Shown: in pieces, positions 9,342 to 20,435 of the stretch
Position numbering within the stretch: position 1 is the stretch's first letter
Layout: the number at the start of each line of letters is the position of its first letter
Source of the DNA: Pandoraea sp.
Lineage (GTDB): Bacteria; Pseudomonadota; Gammaproteobacteria; Burkholderiales; Burkholderiaceae
Direction of reading: 5' to 3'
DNA: 64,000 nt
Assembly (NCBI GenBank): GCA_031291335.1
Contig: JARLJF010000092.1
Location: 436-64,435, forward strand
Program-made: the position numbers and the translations under genes
The notes under the pieces: generated by a model
Seen by the model: the letters and a program-made list of their open reading frames with translations, nothing else
What the model was told of the DNA's origin: nothing
The model's database searches: none

Positions 9342-10468
9342 CAGCGAGCCCCTCCCGATGCACGCGTCACGCCGGCGCCGGTGTCACGCCGGCGACCGAG
9401 CAGCCCGCGGAATCGCACGCGGCGCAAGTAAAGCAGCACGATGACGCAGAGGGCCACCGCGTGCAGCAACCAGACCCCGATGGCCATCGGTAGGCGCTCC
9501 TGCGCGACATACGCCTGCGACAGGCTCAACAGGTTGGTGTAGCCCAGATAGATCAGCACGGCCATGACCAGGTTGACGGTGCGGCCATGGCGGGGGTTCT
9601 GATAGGCGAGCGGTACGGCGAGCAGCACCAGCGCGAGCGCGAGCAGTGGCAGGCCGACGCGCCAGACGATCTCCCCGCGGAAGATCGGATTCTTGATTTC
9701 GCGGAACAGGCGAGCGGTCGGCACACCCTTGGTCGGGGTGTTATCGGTGTCGACCGCGGTCGGGTTGTCGATCTTCACGCCGTAGCGCTCGAACTCCATC
9801 ACGCGATAGTCCGGCTGACCGGGCACGCCGTCATAGCGGCGGCCTTTCTCCAGCACGATGTAGCGGTTACCGTCCTTGGACGTCTCGATATGGCCGTCTT
9901 TCGAGACGATCACGTTGACCTTGCCGTTCTCGGTCCCGGAGACGAAGACGTTGTGCACCTTGGTAGCATCCGGCGAGACTGTCTCGACGAAGAACACACG
10001 GTGACTCGCGGCGCTCTCGCGGAACTGGCCCGGCGAGATCATGGAGACATCGTCGCGCTGGGCAAAGCGGGCTTCGAGGGCCGAGATCTGCTGGTTCGCC
10101 CACGGCCAGGCCACCAGGGCGCAGAACGTGATCACGGCCAGGTAGGGCGCGGCAAAGCGCAGCACCGGCTTGACGAAGTTGGTGATCGACAGGCCCGAGG
10201 CAAACCACACGACCATTTCGGAGTCGCGGTACCAGCGAGTCAGGACGAACAGGATCGAGACGAACAACGTCACGATCAGAATGACGGCGAGGTAGCCGAT
10301 CACGGCCAGGCCGATGAGCACGAGAACATCGCGCGGATCGGCTTTCCCCGACGCGGCGAAGCCCAGGATGCGGATCATCATGGTGGTGAGCATGACGGTG
10401 ATCAGCACCATGAAGACGGCCCCGGCGGTGTAGTTCAGCTCGCGCTGCAGGGAACGCTGAAAAATCAT
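9341..10468 (-). CDS. lptF: LPS export ABC transporter permease LptF
   Basis: DSEMVVWFASGLS and PGQF motifs; divergent from pepA. Confidence 0.93.
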   Translation of the reverse strand: MIFQRSLQRELNYTAGAVFMVLITVMLTTMMIRILGFAASGKADPRDVLVLIGLAVIGYLAVILIVTLFVSILFVLTRWYRDSEMVVWFASGLSITNFVKPVLRFAAPYLAVITFCALVAWPWANQQISALEARFAQRDDVSMISPGQFRESAASHRVFFVETVSPDATKVHNVFVSGTENGKVNVIVSKDGHIETSKDGNRYIVLEKGRRYDGVPGQPDYRVMEFERYGVKIDNPTAVDTDNTPTKGVPTARLFREIKNPIFRGEIVWRVGLPLLALALVLLAVPLAYQNPRHGRTVNLVMAVLIYLGYTNLLSLSQAYVAQERLPMAIGVWLLHAVALCVIVLLYLRRVRFRGLLGRRRDTGAGVTRASGGAR

Positions 10469-10558
10469 GTGATGACGATTGGGTGCTCTCGCGGTTGGGC
10501 GAGCGCGGAAAAAAGCGGATAATTGCGGCTCGTACGAATTTTACCCGAGGAAAGCGCG

Positions 10559-12070
10559 ATGGACTTTAGCACAAAAGCCTTCGATTCGACCAAGGCAGGC
10601 CAGGCCGACCTTGCCAACGCCAAGACGGAGTGTCTGGTGGTCGGCGTGTTCGAGCAGCAGCCGCTCGCGGGGCTGGCCAAGGCGCTCGACGTCGCGAGCA
10701 AGGGCTTGCTCGCACGCATGGTCAAGCGTGGCGAACTCAACGGCAAGCTCGGCAGCACCCTGATGCTGCACGAAGTCGCCGGATGGAGCCCGGCACGGGT
10801 GCTGTTCGTCGGTCTGGGCCCTGAGGACCAATTGACGCAAAAGGGTTTTAACGAAGCGTCGCGCGCCGCCGTGCGCACGGTGCTTGCCTCGCGCGCCGCC
10901 GACGCCATCTGGACGCTGCCGCAAGCCAAGGTCGCCAAGCAAGACACGGCCTGGGCCGTGCGCGCCTCGGTGCTCGCCCTGCGCGACGCCACCTACCGCT
11001 TCACCCAGATGAAGAGCAAGGCCGAGCCGGCAACCACCGTGCTGCGCAAGGTCATCTTCGCGGTCGCCCCGGAAGAACTGAAGGCCGCCAAGCTTGCCGC
11101 CAAGCGTGGCGAGGCCATCGCCAACGGCATGGCGCTTACCAAAGACCTCGGCAACCTGCCGGGCAATGTGTGCACCCCGACCTATCTGGCCGACGAGGCG
11201 CAGAAACTCGCCCGCGAATTCAAGCTCAGGTCCGAGATCCTGGGACCGAAGCAGATCGAGGCGCTCAAGATGGGATCGTTCCTGTCGGTCGCCCGCGGCT
11301 CGGTGCAACCGCCGCGATTCATCGTTCTCAAGTATGAAGGCGGTGGCGCCAAGCAGGCCCCGATCGTGCTGGTCGGCAAGGGCGTGACGTTCGACTCCGG
11401 CGGTATCTCGCTCAAGCCGGGCGAGGGCATGGACGAAATGAAGTACGACATGTGCGGCGCCGGTTCCGTGCTCGGTACGATCCGCGCGGTCGCCGAGATG
11501 GGCCTCAAGCTCAATGTCATCGCCATCGTGCCGGCCACGGAGAATATGCCAAACGGTCAGGCGACGAAGCCGGGCGACGTGGTCACCAGCATGTCCGGCC
11601 AGACCATCGAAGTGCTCAACACCGACGCCGAAGGCCGTCTGATTCTGTGCGACGCGCTGACCTACGCGGAACGCTTCAAGCCGGCCGCCGTGATCGACGT
11701 CGCCACGCTGACGGGCGCCTGCATCATCGCGCTCGGCCACGTGAACTCGGGCCTCTTCTCGAAGAGCGACACGCTTGCCGACGAACTGATCGCCGCGGGC
11801 CGTACCACGGGTGACACGGCGTGGCGTCTGCCGGTCGAAGACGAGTATCAGGAGCAGCTCAAGTCGAATTTCGCCGACGTGGCGAACATCGGCGGGCGTC
11901 CGGCGGGCAGCGTGACGGCGGCGTGCTTCCTGGCACGCTTCACCGAAAAGTATGAATGGGCTCACCTCGACATCGCCGGGACGGCATGGAAGAGCGGTGC
12001 GGCCAAGGGGGCGACGGGCCGTCCGGTGCCGCTGCTGACGCAGTTCCTGATCGATCGCGAAGCCCGGTGA
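10559..12070 (+). CDS. pepA: Leucyl aminopeptidase (M17)
   Basis: [24 protein letters not shown] and HLDIAG motifs. Confidence 0.96.
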   Translation: MDFSTKAFDSTKAGQADLANAKTECLVVGVFEQQPLAGLAKALDVASKGLLARMVKRGELNGKLGSTLMLHEVAGWSPARVLFVGLGPEDQLTQKGFNEASRAAVRTVLASRAADAIWTLPQAKVAKQDTAWAVRASVLALRDATYRFTQMKSKAEPATTVLRKVIFAVAPEELKAAKLAAKRGEAIANGMALTKDLGNLPGNVCTPTYLADEAQKLAREFKLRSEILGPKQIEALKMGSFLSVARGSVQPPRFIVLKYEGGGAKQAPIVLVGKGVTFDSGGISLKPGEGMDEMKYDMCGAGSVLGTIRAVAEMGLKLNVIAIVPATENMPNGQATKPGDVVTSMSGQTIEVLNTDAEGRLILCDALTYAERFKPAAVIDVATLTGACIIALGHVNSGLFSKSDTLADELIAAGRTTGDTAWRLPVEDEYQEQLKSNFADVANIGGRPAGSVTAACFLARFTEKYEWAHLDIAGTAWKSGAAKGATGRPVPLLTQFLIDREAR

Positions 12071-12483
12071 CTCGCGTCGACTTTCATACGCATGTGGCGA
12101 ACCGGCTCGATTATGCGTGCCGGTTCGCGCGCAAGGTCTATGGGGCCGGGCAGACGCTCGTAGTCGTCGGCGAACCCGACGTGCTGCGAGCGTTCGATCA
12201 GACACTGTGGACGTTTTCGCCGCTGGAATTCGTGCCGCATTGCTTTAACCATGACCCGGTGGCTGCGCAGACCCCCGTGGTGCTGGCCGCCCCCGACGAG
12301 GAGGCCCGGCATCATCAGGTGCTGCTCAATCTCGCGAGCGGCGTGCCGACGCACTTTGCCCGGTTCGAGCGCGTTGTGGAGATCGTGGGCGACACGCCGG
12401 ACGAACTGTCCGGTGCCCGTGAGCGCTACCGCTTTTACCGCGATCGCGGCTATACCCTGAACAATTACGACCAGAGAGGCTGA
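12067..12483 (+). CDS. holC: DNA polymerase III subunit chi
   Basis: GTG overlaps the pepA stop; [12 protein letters not shown] and [13 protein letters not shown] motifs. Confidence 0.9.
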   Translation: MTRVDFHTHVANRLDYACRFARKVYGAGQTLVVVGEPDVLRAFDQTLWTFSPLEFVPHCFNHDPVAAQTPVVLAAPDEEARHHQVLLNLASGVPTHFARFERVVEIVGDTPDELSGARERYRFYRDRGYTLNNYDQRG

Positions 12484-12485
12484 CC

Positions 12486-12845
12486 GTGACGAACGAGCCC
12501 GAGCGCACCGACCCCGGCATTCCCACGCTGACCGAAGTGCTCGCGCCCGGCGAGGCCACACCGCCGTCAGATACCGGCCCAGCCGCTCAGGCGGTCGAGC
12601 AGGGTGTGCCGGCCGACGTTGCGGTGTTCGCGGAGCGCGTGAGCGCCCGGCTCACGCTGCAACTGGCCGATGAAATCACGACGATGGTGGAGCGCCGCTG
12701 TCACGACGCGCTGATCGACCAGACCGCATGGCTGGTGCAACTGATCGGCAAACAGGTGGCCGACGCCCTACAGGTCCATTTGCCGGACCGTATCCGGCAA
12801 GCTGTCATCGAAGAGGTTGCGAAACAGGTTCGTTCGCAAGGATAG
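12486..12845 (+). CDS. Hypothetical protein (DUF2486-like)
   Basis: N-terminal IPTLTEV motif; lies directly after holC. Confidence 0.65.
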   Translation: MTNEPERTDPGIPTLTEVLAPGEATPPSDTGPAAQAVEQGVPADVAVFAERVSARLTLQLADEITTMVERRCHDALIDQTAWLVQLIGKQVADALQVHLPDRIRQAVIEEVAKQVRSQG

Positions 12846-12918
12846 GACTTGTGAGGTGCCGTGACGGCACGTTCACGGCAGGCCCTCCGCGGGGCGTCGT
12901 GATGGCCGATGTCGTGAC

Positions 12919-13293
12919 TTAGCGCGACCCCATGCCGAGAATCCAGCGTGCCAGACGGGTCGCCTCGTCGGGCGCGACCTGAGGGCTGGCCGGCATCGGG
13001 ATACTTCCCCACTTGCCACGACTGCCGTCCGCAATGGAGCGTGCAATGTCTTCGGCGGCCCCCGCTTGTCCCGCGTAGCGCTTGGCGATGTCCCGGTAAG
13101 ACGGGGCGAGCAGCGTGCGGTCGGTCGCGTGGCACGTCATGCAGTTCCGCTCTCTGGCGAGCTTCTCAATCACGCGGGTGTCCGAGGCATCGTGGGCGGA
13201 CGGTACGTTCGTCTGCGCGATCGCAGCGCTTGCCGCTATCGTCAGACAAGCACCGATCATCGCACTGGCCGACTTGCCGGCAAATTCCTTCAT
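12919..13293 (-). CDS. Class I cytochrome c (c551/c552-like)
   Basis: Signal peptide, CMTCH heme motif, GKWGSIPMP distal Met. Confidence 0.88.
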   Translation of the reverse strand: MKEFAGKSASAMIGACLTIAASAAIAQTNVPSAHDASDTRVIEKLARERNCMTCHATDRTLLAPSYRDIAKRYAGQAGAAEDIARSIADGSRGKWGSIPMPASPQVAPDEATRLARWILGMGSR

Positions 13294-13400
13294 TCGATAC
13301 CCGTATCCGGAGACTGGTTGGTGAGGTCTGGCAGGAATATAGCATTTGTCTGCCGCGCCCCCGGGCGTCTGTACCCACCTTCCCCGATGAGGACGAGGAA

Positions 13401-14936
13401 CTAGTCGACCGCGCCCGTGGCCAGCGCCAGCGACGCCGCCGCCGATAGCGCGTTGCTATAGCTGTCGACATACGCGTTCTTGGCCACCAGCAATTGATTC
13501 TGGGCGAGCAGGGCATCGGTGACGGAGCCGACGCCGTGTTGATACGCGTCGAATGCGGCGTCGTAGGTCGTCTGCGCCGCGCTCAGTAATTCCTTCGCCG
13601 CCTCGTGCGCCGTCAGACTGGTCTGGAGCATGTTCTGCGCCCCGACGATCTGCCGGACCGCTTCCTCGCGACTGCGCTCGAGACGGGTGCTCGCATTGTC
13701 CGCGTCGTTGCGCGCCCGCGCGAGCGCTGCGGAGCGCAGACCGCCGTCGTAGAGCGGGATCGAGACGCCAATGATCACGCTGCCGCCGTAGCGACCACCG
13801 CTCAGGTTGACGGTCGGCAATTGCTGGTCGATGGCGGGCACCGCCGAGAGGGAGGAACTGCTGGTGTTGTAGACGCCGGACGCCGACAGGAAGACCTTGG
13901 GCTTGAACTCCGATTCCGCCGCCTGAATTTTCGCCAGGTTCGCGCGTTCTGCGGCGTAGGCGCTCAGCACGTCGGGCCGCCGTGCGATCGCGGAGGCAAC
14001 GATCTGCTCGACCGGCTGGCGCAGCGCGGGCGAGAGCGTGCGCACCGGCATGTCGGCAATCTTCGGCTTCGACAGCGGCGAAATACCCATCGCCGAGATC
14101 AGCGTCAGATACGCATTGCTTTGCGCGCCTTGTGCCTGAACCAACGCCAGCTTCGCCTGCGCATAGTTCTGATTCGCTTGCGCCACTTCGATCACGGTGC
14201 CAATGCCGCGCCGGTATCGGGACTTGGCTGCATCGGCCACGGCGCCCGCGTTTTCCAGTCCTTGCTCGGCCGTCGCGACACGTGCGCGCACCGCCTGATA
14301 CGTGTAAAAGGCGACGCTGGTGTCGTACACCACCTGCTGATGGACGGCCGTGAACCCGATATTGGCCACCAACGATGCCTGAGAGGCCGCCTCCACGCGC
14401 GCGGCCCGTCCGCCGAAATCGAACAGCAGCCATTGCAGGGCCACCACCGACGTCAGCCCATGCGTGGAACCGCTGGCCGACGAGTCGCCCAGCACGCCGG
14501 ATGACGAATTGTGGGCGGCGGCATACTGCCCCATCGCAGCCAACGAAAGCTGCGGCAGGTAGGCGCTCTTCGTGACGCCTGCCACAAGCGCGGCGTTACG
14601 CGCATCGTTCCACGCGATGCGCGTGGCGGGGTTCGACGTTTCGGCAATGTCGATGAGTTCGGCAAGCGTGTAGGCGTGGTCCGGCTCGAGGGGCGGCGGC
14701 GGCGACACGGCGGCAAGCGCGGGGTTGGCCGGCAGCCGGTACGTGCCACGAGAGGTCTCACGGTAAGTGCTGGCCAGCACCGGTGCACCGGGCTGGATCG
14801 CGCCGGAAGCATCCGTGCGAGGTTGCCAGGGACGATCCGGCCGCTCAGGTGCCATGTCGAGCGACGACGTCGCACATCCGGTCAGAGCGGCCAACGTCAG
14901 CCATGCCAGTACAGCGGACGGATCAAGCCGACGCAT
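13401..14936 (-). CDS. TolC/OEP family outer membrane efflux lipoprotein (MdtP-like)
   Basis: Lipobox LTGC, two OEP repeats (WLLFDFGGR; IPLYDGG); start ATG 14936 has a GGAG RBS and overlaps the upstream gene. Confidence 0.88.
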   Translation of the reverse strand: MRRLDPSAVLAWLTLAALTGCATSSLDMAPERPDRPWQPRTDASGAIQPGAPVLASTYRETSRGTYRLPANPALAAVSPPPPLEPDHAYTLAELIDIAETSNPATRIAWNDARNAALVAGVTKSAYLPQLSLAAMGQYAAAHNSSSGVLGDSSASGSTHGLTSVVALQWLLFDFGGRAARVEAASQASLVANIGFTAVHQQVVYDTSVAFYTYQAVRARVATAEQGLENAGAVADAAKSRYRRGIGTVIEVAQANQNYAQAKLALVQAQGAQSNAYLTLISAMGISPLSKPKIADMPVRTLSPALRQPVEQIVASAIARRPDVLSAYAAERANLAKIQAAESEFKPKVFLSASGVYNTSSSSLSAVPAIDQQLPTVNLSGGRYGGSVIIGVSIPLYDGGLRSAALARARNDADNASTRLERSREEAVRQIVGAQNMLQTSLTAHEAAKELLSAAQTTYDAAFDAYQHGVGSVTDALLAQNQLLVAKNAYVDSYSNALSAAASLALATGAVD

Positions 14937-16956
14937 GAGGAACACGCTCCTTCGCCACGTCATCGTCATGCGCGGCATGTTCGAGTTGGGTGAGACGCGA
15001 GTCGCCCAGCATCAGCAAGGACAGGCGCTCTTCATCGGTAGGTGGCGTGCCCGTTCCGTCGGCGGCGGGCTGCGGCAGGTGAAGTGTCGCGGCGCTGGTA
15101 CCCCGATTGGGATCGACGTGAAGCCGCTTCAACCAGACGTCGATATGGGCGTCGCCGGGATGTCGTTCTGCGAGCAACACCATCGGTCCTTCAAGCGCCT
15201 GAAGTTCCGCCAATGCATGCCGCCGGGGCGCTGCCCAATCCGCTTGAGGACGCACCCACGACGGCTCGTAATGCATCAGCGCAATGTCATTTTGCAGCGC
15301 GCCGCGACGGGCCATCGCCGCCGCCGCTTGCGCGCGCCTGAGGCCGGTGGTCGACATTGCCGAGATCGGTGAGATCGCTGTCAACGCTTCCCAGCGCTGT
15401 CGCAACCCGGCCAGTGCGGCATCGACTTGCGCCGCCACGCTCACGGGCCAAACCCGGGTGAAGATCAGATAGACGACCACATTGCCCAGCAGGATACCGA
15501 TGGTGCGATCACGCGCAATCGTCAGATCGAACGCAGGCGCAGGTCCCTGAATGACGCACAGGAAAAAGGCGAACGCGATCTGGAAACCTGCGTAGCCGAT
15601 ACGCGGCGAGCCGAATGCAATCCAGGCCGATAACCACGCCCCGATGGCGACAACGCTCATCAGACCGGCGATCGTGGTCAGCGCGGGCATCACGAATACG
15701 ATCATCGCGGTACCCGCCAGTGCGCCCGCAATACATCCGGCAATGCGCAGCGTCAGCTTTTCGACGGTCTCGGCGGTGGTGCCCAGCGACACGATATAGA
15801 CGGTGATGAAGCAGGTGTGGATGCCGGGCCAGTCCAGCAGCGAGTACAACAGGTAGCAGATCATGGCGGCTACCGTGGTCTTGAGCGCGTACCGGACGTG
15901 ATCCGGATTGGAGAAGGCGTCGGGAAGAAAGAAGCCGCCATGCGTCTGGGGGGTGGCCTCAGGGGGCGGCGCTGGTGTTACCACTGCGAAATGGGTGATG
16001 GCGTCTCGCAGATGGCGCACGGCCACGCGTGCCAGCGGCGTGAGCGCGTCGGATGGCGGCAAGGCGAGTTCGATGTCGACCGGGTAGCCGCCCGCTTCGA
16101 GCATTTCTGCCATGCGCTCGAGCGTATTCGCCAGCGGCTCGGAAAATGATGCGGGCAGTCGCGCGGCCCGCTCGCGACAGACCAGGTCAGCGGCGATCAG
16201 AATGGCAAACGTGGCCGACGTGGCCTGTCGCAACGCGGCGGCGTCCGCGCGAGCCGACGAGCCCTCGAGGACCGAGAGCTTGAGCCACTTGCCGATCTCC
16301 TCGTCGCCGGCACTCAGGCAGGCGCCGAGCGCATCGCGCGCATCTTGCGGCGCATCCGGATCGCGCAGCACCCGCGCCGCGAGGCGAAGGCGTGTCGCCA
16401 GCGCGTTCCCGGCGAGCTTTCGTGGCGAGGCCCCGACGACAAGCTGCACGCACACGGTGGCGCCGATCGGAATCGCGACCATCAGCCATGCGTACAGCAA
16501 TGCACGCGTGGCGATTTCCCCGAGCGGCACGCTGCCGAGCTTGTCGAGCGCAAAGCCGACGATCATCGCGATGATCGCGCCGACCGGGCGAAGCTTGCTG
16601 GCGGAGGTGATGAACAGCAGCGCTGCGGATAACCCGGCGATGGACGCGACCCGCGACATCGGGTTGTCCAGCACGAGCGTGGCGACGAACAGCACGAAGC
16701 CGATCAGAATCGTCACCAGTACGAGCAACGCAGTGCTGAGGATGATGCTCGTGACACGGTCGGGCCGGATCATGAAAAACACCACATAGGCCGACAGCGC
16801 CGCTTCGGGCGTGCCATAGGCGGTCGCGACCAGCGTCGTCAGGGCGCAAATGATCGCCACGCGTGTCGCCATGGCGGCTCGCCCTGGAAATGGCGCGAGC
16901 CACTTCAACAGATCGTCGAACCCGGGCCGTTGCAGATCACCGGCAGGCAGCGCCAT
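14923..16956 (-). CDS. FUSC family inner membrane efflux subunit (MdtO-like)
   Basis: Two hydrophobic blocks; FLPDAFSNPDHVRYALKT, DWPGIHT, YAGFQ and RDRTIGILLG motifs. Confidence 0.88.
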   Translation of the reverse strand: MALPAGDLQRPGFDDLLKWLAPFPGRAAMATRVAIICALTTLVATAYGTPEAALSAYVVFFMIRPDRVTSIILSTALLVLVTILIGFVLFVATLVLDNPMSRVASIAGLSAALLFITSASKLRPVGAIIAMIVGFALDKLGSVPLGEIATRALLYAWLMVAIPIGATVCVQLVVGASPRKLAGNALATRLRLAARVLRDPDAPQDARDALGACLSAGDEEIGKWLKLSVLEGSSARADAAALRQATSATFAILIAADLVCRERAARLPASFSEPLANTLERMAEMLEAGGYPVDIELALPPSDALTPLARVAVRHLRDAITHFAVVTPAPPPEATPQTHGGFFLPDAFSNPDHVRYALKTTVAAMICYLLYSLLDWPGIHTCFITVYIVSLGTTAETVEKLTLRIAGCIAGALAGTAMIVFVMPALTTIAGLMSVVAIGAWLSAWIAFGSPRIGYAGFQIAFAFFLCVIQGPAPAFDLTIARDRTIGILLGNVVVYLIFTRVWPVSVAAQVDAALAGLRQRWEALTAISPISAMSTTGLRRAQAAAAMARRGALQNDIALMHYEPSWVRPQADWAAPRRHALAELQALEGPMVLLAERHPGDAHIDVWLKRLHVDPNRGTSAATLHLPQPAADGTGTPPTDEERLSLLMLGDSRLTQLEHAAHDDDVAKERVPHASA

Positions 16957-17986
16957 GTCTGATCTCCACGACTGCGCTGGCGCCTATTCGGACCAGCCGC
17001 TCGGCTGGCTCCCTCAGTTGAACGCGCACGGGGAATCGCTGCGCAACGCGCACCCAATTCACCGACGACTGGACGATCGGCAGCGCACGGGGCAGGTTGA
17101 TCCGCCCGGCGTCGGAGATGCCGGCGCCAATCCCGACGACCTTGCCCGTGATCGCCTGACGTCGATCGATCATCGAGTAGACCGTTGCGCAGTCGCCGAT
17201 CTGGATATGCGAGAGGGCACCTTCGCGGAAGTTGGCGACGGCAAACCACTCATCGGCGTGCACCAGCGTGAAGAGCGACTGGCTCGGTGCGACGGTTTCG
17301 CCCGCGAGCACGGAGAGGCCGGTGACGTAGCCGTTCTGCGGTGCGCGCACGACGGTATCGTCGAGGTTGTGCTGCGCGAGTGCGACGGCAGCTTCGCGTG
17401 CGCGGACTGTCGCGAGCGCCCCCGCCTCGTCGCCGATGCTCTGTGCGCTGGCCGCCTTTTGCGCCTTCGCCTGCTTCACCGACAGTTCGGCATCGCGCTG
17501 GGCGACCTGCGCCTGATCGAGCTGCTGCTGCGGCACGTAGCCTTTGGCGGCGAGCGGCGTGAGCCGTTCGACCGTACGGGTCGCCAGCGCATAGTTGTGC
17601 ATCGATTTGCGGGTCTGATCGTCGGCAATCGACGCGTTGGCCTGTTCGTTGTAGATGGTCTTCTGCCGTGTGTCGAGCGAGGCGCGTGCCAGTTCGAGAT
17701 CGGCTTTCGTTTGCGCCAGCACGAGGCGATAGGCGACGGGATCGATTTCGTAAAGTATGTCGCCCTTGGCGACTCGCTGATTCTCCGTCACCGCAAGCCT
17801 GATGATGCGTCCGCCAACGGGAGTCGCGATGTGGACGACATCGGCATCGATGGCCGCGTCGTCGGTCGAGGGGAATTGCGATGAACGGTAGTAGGCGTAG
17901 CTGGCGACGATGATGCCGACCAGAATGATCGCCGCCGCGATCAGGCGCCCTTTGCGCGGAGCTTTGCTTTTGCCGGCCATTTTCAT
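16937..17986 (-). CDS. mdtN: Membrane fusion protein (MdtN/EmrA-like)
   Basis: STDDAAIDA, lipoyl half-motifs, ANFRE and WVRVAQRFPVRV motifs. Confidence 0.85.
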   Translation of the reverse strand: MKMAGKSKAPRKGRLIAAAIILVGIIVASYAYYRSSQFPSTDDAAIDADVVHIATPVGGRIIRLAVTENQRVAKGDILYEIDPVAYRLVLAQTKADLELARASLDTRQKTIYNEQANASIADDQTRKSMHNYALATRTVERLTPLAAKGYVPQQQLDQAQVAQRDAELSVKQAKAQKAASAQSIGDEAGALATVRAREAAVALAQHNLDDTVVRAPQNGYVTGLSVLAGETVAPSQSLFTLVHADEWFAVANFREGALSHIQIGDCATVYSMIDRRQAITGKVVGIGAGISDAGRINLPRALPIVQSSVNWVRVAQRFPVRVQLREPAERLVRIGASAVVEIRHGAACR

Positions 17987-18300
17987 AGCAACTGTCCTGT
18001 TCCTGCGAGCCAGACGAGTACCGCGACGGTAATGCCGATCGACAGACAGACGGAAAGCTGGAGAGGCACGATCTGCGTCCACCGCATTGCGACGCTGATG
18101 CGATGCGCGAGCAGCGCGGCGAACAGGCCGATGACACCGCCCAGAAGCCAGAGGGGAAAGTACGCGCCGAAGATCTCGCGGGAGGGGGCGCCATGCAGCG
18201 CACACCCCTGCAATGGAAGGCTCAGGGTCAGCGCCGAAAAGTATGTCGCGCGGAGTTTGCATGGCCTCGGGCGGGCCGATGCTGTCGGCTTATGCGGCAT
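17983..18300 (-). CDS. YtcA family small membrane lipoprotein
   Basis: LQGC...APS..IFGAYFPLWLL; overlaps the mdtN start as ytcA does. Start uncertain (18300 or further upstream). Confidence 0.7.
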   Translation of the reverse strand: MPHKPTASARPRPCKLRATYFSALTLSLPLQGCALHGAPSREIFGAYFPLWLLGGVIGLFAALLAHRISVAMRWTQIVPLQLSVCLSIGITVAVLVWLAGTGQLL

Positions 18301-18522
18301 AAAACGCTTCACGTCAGTGAAAATGCGTAATGGTGCGTGGAGGCGATCAAAGGGACTTGGCGGCATTGCGGCAGCGTCCGGTGACGAGACCACGTGTGCC
18401 CGGCTTGATCACCCGCCCGGATGCGCGGATTGTAACGCGTTCCTTGACGGTGAGCCATGCATGAAAAAACGGCACGTCTGCCGTGCGGGCAAGACGTGCC
18501 GTCAGACGCGGTGCGTTCGGAA

Positions 18523-20196
18523 TCAGCCCGTCGCGCCGCCCTTGTTGGCCGGCTGAGCCAGTGCCGCGTACTTCGCCAGCACTCCTCGCGTGTAACGCGG
18601 TGCCGGTGCCTTCCACGCGGCGCGACGCCGCGCGAGTTCGTCATCCGGCACGTTCAGTTGAAGCAACAGCTTATGCGCGTCGATGGTGATCGAGTCGCCT
18701 TCGTGCACAAGCGCAATGGTGCCGCCGACGAACGCTTCCGGCGCGACGTGCCCGACCACCATGCCCCACGTTCCGCCCGAGAACCGGCCATCGGTGATGA
18801 AGCCGACCGTCTCGCCAAGTCCCTTGCCGATGATCGCCGAGGTTGGGGCAAGCATCTCGGGCATGCCCGGGCCGCCCTTCGGGCCGAGATAGCGCAGCAC
18901 GAGGATGTCGCCCGACTGGATTTTGTCGCTGAGGATCGCGTCCATCGCACTTTGCTCGTCGTCGAACACGCGCGCCGGGCCGGTGATGACCGGATTCTTC
19001 AGACCGGTGATCTTGGCGACGGCGCCGTCTTCCGCCAGATTGCCCTTGAGAATCGCGAGATGGCCTTCCTTATACAGCGCCTTGTCGATGGGGAAGATTA
19101 CGTGTTGATCGGCGCGCGGCACCGAGGGCACGTCTTTCAGTTCTTCGGCGATGGTCCGGCCGGTGATCGTCAGGCAATCGCCGTGCAGCAGGCCGGCGTC
19201 GAGCAGAATCTTCAGCACTTGCGGAATGCCGCCGGCCTTGTGCAAATCGGTCGCCACATATTTGCCGGAGGGCTTCAGATCGCAGATGACCGGCACGCGT
19301 GCGCGAATGCGTTCGAAGTCCTCGATGCTCCATTCGACATCGGCGGCATTCGCGATGGCGAGATAGTGCAGCACGGCATTGGTGGAGCCGCCCGTGGCCA
19401 TGATGAGCGCCACCGCGTTCTCGATGGACTTGCGCGTGATGATGTCGCGCGGCTTGATGTCCTTCTTGACGGCTTCGATGAGCACTCGCGCCGACTCGGC
19501 GGCGGAGTCGACCTTTTCCTGATCGGGGTTGGCCATCGTCGACGAATACAGCAGGGACATGCCCAGCGCCTCGAACGACGAACTCATCGTGTTGGCCGTG
19601 TACATGCCGCCGCAGGAGCCGGTCGACGGACAGGCGTTCTTCTCGATGCCCTTAAAGTCGGCCTCGGTCATGCGACCGGCGGTGAATTCGCCCACGGCCT
19701 CGAACGACGAGACGATCGTGAGATCCTTGCCCTTCCAGTTGCCCGGCTTGATGGTGCCGCCGTAGACATAGATGCCCGGCACATTGATGCGCGCCAGAGC
19801 GATCATGCCGCCCGGCATGTTCTTGTCGCAGCCGCCGATCACGACCACGCCGTCCATCCACTGCCCCTGCACCGCGGTCTCGATACAGTCGGCGATGACT
19901 TCGCGCGAGACGAGCGAGTACTTCATGCCCTCCGTGCCCATCGACATGCCGTCGGAAATGGTCGGGGTGCCGAAAGTCTGGGGATTGGCCTGATGGGTCT
20001 TGATGGCGTTGACGGCGGCATCGGTGAGACGTTGCAGCCCCGCGTTGCACGGGGTGATCGTCGAGTGGCCGTTGGCCACGCCGATCATCGGGTTGTCGAA
20101 GTCTTCTTCCTTGTAGCCCAGCGCGTAGTACATTGAGCGGTTGGGCGAGCGTGCCACGCCTTGCGTGACATTTCGCGAACGACGGTTGAATGCCAT
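18523..20196 (-). CDS. ilvD: Dihydroxy-acid dehydratase, short [2Fe-2S]-type (557 aa)
   Basis: [33 protein letters not shown] and TDGRFSG motifs. Confidence 0.93.
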   Translation of the reverse strand: MAFNRRSRNVTQGVARSPNRSMYYALGYKEEDFDNPMIGVANGHSTITPCNAGLQRLTDAAVNAIKTHQANPQTFGTPTISDGMSMGTEGMKYSLVSREVIADCIETAVQGQWMDGVVVIGGCDKNMPGGMIALARINVPGIYVYGGTIKPGNWKGKDLTIVSSFEAVGEFTAGRMTEADFKGIEKNACPSTGSCGGMYTANTMSSSFEALGMSLLYSSTMANPDQEKVDSAAESARVLIEAVKKDIKPRDIITRKSIENAVALIMATGGSTNAVLHYLAIANAADVEWSIEDFERIRARVPVICDLKPSGKYVATDLHKAGGIPQVLKILLDAGLLHGDCLTITGRTIAEELKDVPSVPRADQHVIFPIDKALYKEGHLAILKGNLAEDGAVAKITGLKNPVITGPARVFDDEQSAMDAILSDKIQSGDILVLRYLGPKGGPGMPEMLAPTSAIIGKGLGETVGFITDGRFSGGTWGMVVGHVAPEAFVGGTIALVHEGDSITIDAHKLLLQLNVPDDELARRRAAWKAPAPRYTRGVLAKYAALAQPANKGGATG

Positions 20197-20435
20197 GACG
20201 GTCTCCTGTGGGGATGTGCCACGCCACAGGCTACCGCAGCGTTGCGCACAAACGTTGTTGTATCACGCTGTCATGCCGGTGGCATGGCGGAAATCCCGCC
20301 ACGCCATCCAATGTCATTGTTGCTGCATTGCTACGTCATTTCATTGCGAATCTTGCTCGGGAGCGGCCGGGCATCCCAACTTCCGTGCCGCCGCTCCCGT
20401 GCCGGCAAGTCGCTGCCGGCTGTCGAAGCGCAGGA

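Noticed and set aside
16937-18262. 441-aa extended MdtN as given in the ORF track
   Set aside because: The extension overlaps the ytcA-like gene in another frame; the family N-terminus begins at 17986.
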